Below, piece by piece: positions 57,432 through 64,000 of a stretch of 64,000 nt of DNA. This DNA is from an uncultured Thiotrichales bacterium (GTDB lineage Bacteria; Pseudomonadota; Gammaproteobacteria; UWMA-0217). The notes under the pieces are model-generated. The model did not search any database and was not told the DNA's origin. It saw only the letters and a list, made by a program, of their open reading frames with translations. How positions within the stretch are numbered: the first letter of the stretch is position 1; each line of letters starts with the position of its first letter. Location: positions 13,177-77,176 of the forward strand of contig CAYSFW010000005.1 of assembly GCA_964430355.1 (NCBI GenBank), written 5' to 3'. A program made the position numbers and the translations under genes.

Positions 57432-57911
57432 GCCAGTTCGGGATTGGAAATTTGCCAAAGCCTAACAAGCCGGACGCCCGGTGGTCGAATCGTTGGGGTG
57501 CGTTCGAGGGGCTGCCGCGCGTAGTTTGGTGTGCTCGCGCGGTAGGGTCACGTGGCCTGTGATGTCACACCGCGCGTACGGCCAACGTGCAGGTCTTGGA
57601 AGCGCACGAGCTGTTCGCGCTAAGCGCTTGAACAGGCTATGCTTCAAGCCAGAGACTACGGTTGCTCGCGGGCCGACCATCGAGTGTGCAAGGCGTGTTT
57701 CGAATCGCATGGCCGCAAGCGATGACTGTCGGTGTGTGGAGCGCCATCCGTGGGTGGGCTGGCGCTGATTCGGCAACGGGCATCGGTGGTCCGTCGCGAA
57801 CGGACGACGGCGCTCGTTGATGTGTCCGCCAGCGACTGGATGTTTGAGTTTTGACCCGAATCGGTGCGAATCACCGGTTTGCATTTTCCCGTCCAACTGT
57901 CAGGAGTGTTC

Positions 57912-58238
57912 ATGAAAGCCATCATCAGAAAATCCGATGCCGCCGAGCCGTTCACCTTCGTCTTCGAGGACGACGGCAAGACGGTGATCCGCAGCGAGAA
58001 CTACAAAGAAAAGCGAGCCGCCGTGAACGGCGTGGAATCGGTGAAGAAGAACTGCGACAACGACGCCCGCTATGAGCTGAAAACGGCCAGCAATGGCAAG
58101 TTCTTCTTCAACCTGAAGGCGTCGAACGGGCAGGTGCTGGGTACGAGCCCGATGTACGCCACCGAGGCCGATCGCGCTGCGGCGATCGCGGCGCTGAAGG
58201 GCGCGGCCAACGCAGAGGTCGAGGACACCACCGGCTAG
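57912..58238 (+). CDS. YegP/DUF1508 (UPF0339) tandem-repeat protein
   Basis: Two ~50-aa repeats ('FEDDGKTVIRSENY', 'NLKASNGQVLGTSPMY'). SD 'aggag' upstream. Confidence 0.65.
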   Translation: MKAIIRKSDAAEPFTFVFEDDGKTVIRSENYKEKRAAVNGVESVKKNCDNDARYELKTASNGKFFFNLKASNGQVLGTSPMYATEADRAAAIAALKGAANAEVEDTTG

Positions 58239-58406
58239 CCGGGCGCGAACTGCAAGCCCGCGCGGATGACCGCGGTCTCGTCGCCGCGGCCCGCGTCGAA
58301 TCCGTGAACAATCGCCGCGCGCCGATGAGTTCCCGCTCCGACGGTCTGGACACGTCCGCGAGGTGGAGCCGCGCCGTGACTCACGCCCCCCGCGCGAGGT
58401 GTCGAA

Positions 58407-59741
<1,335 letters not shown>

Positions 59742-59795
59742 GACGTGAATTCCTTGTTTCGCGTGGTGTTCAGGCTTCTCGCCCGGGCTTGGGGT

Positions 59796-60917
59796 TCAGG
59801 ACGGCTCAGCCTTTTCCGGCGCTTCGACCATCGGCAGCGCGCTGCCGTCCTCATCGAACAGCCGCAGTGCCTCGGTGTGCATGCCGAGCTGCAGTTCGGA
59901 ACCGGGGCCAAACTCATGCCGGCCAGGCAGTCGTGCGACGATCGGGCTGTCGATACCGGGCAGCCGCAGGTGCACGAGGCTTTCGTGGCCGAGGAATTCC
60001 GCGTACTCGACCACGCCAAAGAAACCCGTGTTCACGGTCGCGACACACAGGCTCTCCGGCCGCACGCCGAGCGTGAGCTGCTGGCCCTCGTGCAACAGCG
60101 GCGCAAAGCGCGGCTCGAGCGCAAGGCTGGTGAGCGACTGCGTGCCGAGTTTCAGCGCAGGTTTGGGCAGCCGGGTGAATTCGAAGGGCAGGAGGTTCAT
60201 CGGCGGGCTGCCGATGAACGAAGCGACGAACGTGTTGCACGGGCGCTCGTAGAGCTCGCGCGGACTTGCGACCTGCTGCAGGCGCCCTTGGTGCAATACC
60301 GCGACCCGTTGCCCCAGGGTCATGGCCTCCACCTGATCGTGGGTGACATAGATCATCGTCGTGCCGGTGCGCCGCTGCAGGTCGGCGATCTCGGTGCGCA
60401 CCTGGCCGCGCAGCTTGGCGTCGAGGTTGGATAGCGGCTCATCGAGCAGGAACACCGACGGCTCGCGCACCAGGGCCCGGCCCATCGCCACGCGCTGGCG
60501 CTGACCGCCGGACAACTGCCGGGGCAGGCGGTCGAGCAGGGCGCCCAGCTCGAGCATCTCCGCCACCCGCGCCACGCGCCGCGCGATCTCGGCCGGGGCC
60601 ATCCGCCGCATGCGCAGCGGAAAGTCGAGATTCTCGCGGACGGTCATCGTGGGGTAGAGCGCGTAGTCCTGAAACACCATCGCGACGTTGCGCGCCTGCG
60701 GCGAAAGGTCGTTGACCACGGCATCGCCGATGCGGATCGTGCCCGAGGAGATCGACTCCAGCCCGGCGAGCATCCGCAGCAGCGTGGACTTGCCACACCC
60801 CGAGGGGCCGACGATGACCATCAGCTCACCGTCGGCGATCTCCAGCGACACCTCGTGTACCGCCGTCGCGCCTCCGGGGAACGTCTTGGACACACGCTTG
60901 AAAACGACCCTCGCCAT
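59796..60917 (-). CDS. sugar ABC transporter ATP-binding protein (MalK/UgpC/MsiK-like)
   Basis: 'GPSGCGKST' Walker A, 'LSGGQRQR' signature, Walker B 'LLDEP' and a C-terminal TOBE-like domain. Confidence 0.9.
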   Translation of the reverse strand: MARVVFKRVSKTFPGGATAVHEVSLEIADGELMVIVGPSGCGKSTLLRMLAGLESISSGTIRIGDAVVNDLSPQARNVAMVFQDYALYPTMTVRENLDFPLRMRRMAPAEIARRVARVAEMLELGALLDRLPRQLSGGQRQRVAMGRALVREPSVFLLDEPLSNLDAKLRGQVRTEIADLQRRTGTTMIYVTHDQVEAMTLGQRVAVLHQGRLQQVASPRELYERPCNTFVASFIGSPPMNLLPFEFTRLPKPALKLGTQSLTSLALEPRFAPLLHEGQQLTLGVRPESLCVATVNTGFFGVVEYAEFLGHESLVHLRLPGIDSPIVARLPGRHEFGPGSELQLGMHTEALRLFDEDGSALPMVEAPEKAEPS

Positions 60918-60920
60918 GCG

Positions 60921-62954
60921 TCAGCCGTCCTTCCAGAAATCCTCGCGCGCGAGCATCGGCAGCGCGCGCTGGATGATCGGGTCGGATTCGAAGTAGCGCT
61001 GCACGCTGCGCTGTGCGAGGTGATTCGCTAGCGCGAGGAACAGCATCGCCTGATCCAGCGCCAGGTACTTGTAAGCGACCTGACCGGAACGAGGGTCCAC
61101 CGCGTCGTAGAAGCCGTATTCGCCGTAGATCGGGTAGCGCCGCGCCAGCTCGCGCAGGTTGCGCGTGGCCTCCTCGGGCAGGGATGCGATCGCGAGCGCA
61201 GCCGCATGTGGCGTGACCGCGCCCGGCTTGTAGCCCTTGGCGCCGAGGGCCTTGACGCCGAACTCGCTGTAATCATCGCCTGCGGGCGTGGCGCTCGGCG
61301 ACAGGCCCCACACCGGATAACCGAGCTCGTCCCGCGCGAAATCGCGCTGCACACGAGCGTGGATTTCGCCGTTGCGCCCCAGGCTGTGCGGCGCGTGGCG
61401 GCGCTCGTCGAGCACCAGCGCCGGCATCAGCGCCTCGAACATGCTGCCGCCCCAGGATGGTATGTAGCGCTCGTTGCCGTAGCGATAAAGCCCGCCGACG
61501 ACCTCGTGGCCAGCGACCTTGTGCAGCACCTTGCCCTGGGGCCGCTGCGTCTGCCAGCCGTACGACGGGGGAAAACTGCGCACCATGCGGTACCAGTGCT
61601 CCTCGGGCACGTCGCCCTTGCCAATGGCGATCACGCTGCCGAGGCGCGCCTCGGTGAACAACAGTCCATAGTGATACTCCGCGTAGCCCGGCAGGTGGAC
61701 ATAGAACCCGTGGGACATGAGCTGCTCGACGGGGTCGTAGAAAAACCCGTAGTCCTCGCGCTCGATCAGCCGGGTGATGCGCTCAGCGAGCGCCGAAAAC
61801 GCCTGCCTCGTGACGATGAGCCCGGCGGTGAGCCACGCCGAATCGACGAACGAGATGAAGTGGCTGCTGTGTTCGAGCGATGTGGTGTCGTAGTAGTTGT
61901 AAAAAAAGCCGCGGTAGGTATCGAGCCGCTCCAGGGTGTCGAGCAGCTGGCGAATGCGCGCCGTGGCGGCCTCGCTGTCGATGAAGCCGAGATCGCGCGC
62001 GGCCGCTACCGCCATCAGGTACAGCCCAATGTTGGTGACGTTGGTGTAATCGCCGATGCGCGAGGCCTCGAGCGCGGTGGACGAGTCGCCGAAGCGGATC
62101 GTATCGAGCGGCAGGCCGTTCTCGCGATCGCGCAAGCTGTCGAGCCCCCGCCAGGTATCGCGGGCGACGCGCAGCAGAAAGGCGCGGTCCTCGGCGGGGA
62201 GGCTCGCGGGATCGACGAGCAATTTCTGTGGCCAGTCGATCAGCCGCTTCTGCAGCAGGGCGCGCGCGGCCTGCTTGCCGCCCGCGGCCTCTTCCCAAGC
62301 CTTTTTGCGCACCGGTTCGAGCCGCTCGTGAACGCTCGGTCCGGGTTGGCCCGTCTTGACCAGCATGACCTCATCCACACAGTAAGCCCCTTCGCGCACC
62401 GGGGAACGCCGGGACTGGAAGGTGAACACGAGCGCCGTGAGCGGCTTGCGCTCGCGCAGTCCGGTCATCTGGTTCAAGGGCACAGAGATTTGCTGCCAGT
62501 CGCCGGTGATACCATCGACGACGACGCTGCCGCGCTCGAATGCACCGTCGATCTCCGGATCAGGCCGCTGTAGTTCCAGCCGAAAGCGTGGGGCAAAGCC
62601 GATGGTCTCGTCACCGCGTACCCAGAAGCTCAGGTGATCGAATTCGCTGGCGTCGATCTGCGCGAGGTGCGCCCGATAGCCCATCTGCGCAGGGCGCGGA
62701 TCGACGAACCGGTAGTGCAGGTGCAGGGACTTACCGGGCGCTGGCCGCCGGGGTGCGCAGCTCAACACCGCGCGCATCCGGTTGCCTTGCCGGACCGGCC
62801 AGCCTTGCCAGCTCTCGCCGAGGTCGTCGGCAATCGCGCCGTCCGTGAGCCCTGCATAGTCGAGTAGCGGCTTGGTCCGCTGCGACTCCCCGGCGGGTGC
62901 CACGGGCAGCGCGAGCAGGGCGAGCAGGAATGGGACGCTGGGTGGCAATCGCAT
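60921..62954 (-). CDS. periplasmic glucoamylase-like (alpha/alpha)6-barrel glycoside hydrolase (GH15/GH144/DUF3131-like; family uncertain)
   Basis: Signal peptide, N-terminal beta-rich region, then a helical repeat region rich in Trp/Tyr. Adjacent to a GH1 gene and a sugar ABC ATPase gene. Confidence 0.45.
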   Translation of the reverse strand: MRLPPSVPFLLALLALPVAPAGESQRTKPLLDYAGLTDGAIADDLGESWQGWPVRQGNRMRAVLSCAPRRPAPGKSLHLHYRFVDPRPAQMGYRAHLAQIDASEFDHLSFWVRGDETIGFAPRFRLELQRPDPEIDGAFERGSVVVDGITGDWQQISVPLNQMTGLRERKPLTALVFTFQSRRSPVREGAYCVDEVMLVKTGQPGPSVHERLEPVRKKAWEEAAGGKQAARALLQKRLIDWPQKLLVDPASLPAEDRAFLLRVARDTWRGLDSLRDRENGLPLDTIRFGDSSTALEASRIGDYTNVTNIGLYLMAVAAARDLGFIDSEAATARIRQLLDTLERLDTYRGFFYNYYDTTSLEHSSHFISFVDSAWLTAGLIVTRQAFSALAERITRLIEREDYGFFYDPVEQLMSHGFYVHLPGYAEYHYGLLFTEARLGSVIAIGKGDVPEEHWYRMVRSFPPSYGWQTQRPQGKVLHKVAGHEVVGGLYRYGNERYIPSWGGSMFEALMPALVLDERRHAPHSLGRNGEIHARVQRDFARDELGYPVWGLSPSATPAGDDYSEFGVKALGAKGYKPGAVTPHAAALAIASLPEEATRNLRELARRYPIYGEYGFYDAVDPRSGQVAYKYLALDQAMLFLALANHLAQRSVQRYFESDPIIQRALPMLAREDFWKDG

Positions 62955-63181
62955 GGCTTTGGTGTAGTACGGGGGCGGTCGGGGTGGCGAGACGCTATCG
63001 TACACAGGATGGTTGATCTTGAGCCGCTTCGGAGCCGCGGACGAACGACGACCCCAACGGGTACGGGGCATCGCACGGCCGCGAGGTCGGCCCGTTTTGA
63101 GCGCTTGGAAACGTTGCTTGACGGCTAGTACGCAAAGTTTACCTTCATCCGACTGCCGAAATCAGTGCATCGCACGCGTGC

Positions 63182-64000
63182 TCAACGCAGTCCCAGACCC
63201 TGATTCACCTTTGCGCTGCGCCGGCGGACCCAACGCCAGAATGTCCCGCCCGGGTACGCTTCGCCCGTCACGATGTAGCGCAAGAGATTCACGTTGAACA
63301 GTGCGGCCGCCTGCTGGTGGCGGCTCCTACGATTGCCGCAGAACAAGATCACATCCCCGTGGCGCAGGACGAGCTCGTCGTCGGGGAGCAGCGTCTCCTC
63401 CAGACCGCGCTGCAGCAGCAGCGGCAGGCAGCCGATGCGCCTTTGTGCCGGACCCGGCTCACGTTGCAGGTGGGCCAGTTGCACCGGGATGCCGGCGGCG
63501 GTGAGTTGCGTGACGGAGGCCGCCATCTCCTCGCTGATCTGCAGGTCCCACAGTTCGGGGACTGTGTCTCCCACCACGGCGCTGATGCGGCTGATCAGTT
63601 CGTTCGCCCATTCGTTGCTGTGGTGACGGGAGAGAAGGAAAAAGCGCGAGAGCAGGGGCGTGGTGAGCTGTTCCAGAAACTCGTGGGCGAGGATGTGGCT
63701 GGGCTGCATGGTGATGTCGGCGCCAAAGCTGTCGAACAGGGCGTCGTGCGCACGCAGGTTCTTGCGCAGCACGACGAACAGGTCGGGCTTGAGTTCGCGC
63801 GCGGTCATCACGATGGAGAGATTGTCGATGTCACGGTTCGTGCCGGCGACGATCCCCACGGCATCCTCGATGCCGGCTGCGCGCAAGGTGGCCGCATCGG
63901 TCCCCTTGCCGATGATGCAGTCGGGGCACTTGGTGAGCGCGGGGTCGGCTTCGACGATCACGATCTCCATGCCTTCCTTCGTTAGGTTGGCCACCACTGC
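63182..64000 (-). CDS. potassium channel/TrkA-family protein, C-terminal RCK (TrkA-N/TrkA-C) region; 5' end outside window
   Basis: 'MEIVIVEADP', 'VIVGAGR'-like Rossmann segment and 'GIEDAVGIVAGTNRD'. The ORF runs off the window end. Confidence 0.55.
   Translation of the reverse strand, partial: AVVANLTKEGMEIVIVEADPALTKCPDCIIGKGTDAATLRAAGIEDAVGIVAGTNRDIDNLSIVMTARELKPDLFVVLRKNLRAHDALFDSFGADITMQPSHILAHEFLEQLTTPLLSRFFLLSRHHSNEWANELISRISAVVGDTVPELWDLQISEEMAASVTQLTAAGIPVQLAHLQREPGPAQRRIGCLPLLLQRGLEETLLPDDELVLRHGDVILFCGNRRSRHQQAAALFNVNLLRYIVTGEAYPGGTFWRWVRRRSAKVNQGLGLR

Overview
High-GC (~65%) chromosomal segment, most likely from a sulfur-oxidizing Gamma- or Betaproteobacterium. Housekeeping genes: dinG/yoaA helicase 3' end, tsaB, a dissimilatory-type ATP sulfurylase (sat), a SulP sulfate permease, a sigma-54 NtrC-family regulator, the protein acetyltransferase Pat, lexA, tRNA-Ser(UGA), CnoX, an AddA-like helicase-nuclease, a GH1 beta-glucosidase and a MalK-type ABC ATPase. 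Accessory blocks: (1) a six-gene Hyf/Ehr-type respiratory-complex-like operon (5642-12806, minus strand) whose large subunit lacks the [NiFe]-ligand cysteines. (2) A minus-strand locus (27464-38069) of three DUF11-repeat surface proteins (166, 974 and 2073 aa, the largest with a C-terminal beta-barrel-like region) ending in an OmpA-like lipoprotein. (3) A plus-strand locus (38501-46041) of a C14 caspase-like peptidase, a 1914-aa protein with two lipase-like alpha/beta-hydrolase domains plus a CHAT protease domain, and a signal-less GH19/COG3179 muramidase. This is my best candidate for an undescribed programmed-lysis or defence system. (4) A divergent lexA / mrfA-mrfB-like (DUF1998 helicase + YprB exonuclease) pair sharing a 37-bp perfect palindromic operator candidate. 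No CRISPR arrays, transposases or integrases were recognised. Start codons were chosen by eye; the ORF track appears to use GTG/TTG starts as M.
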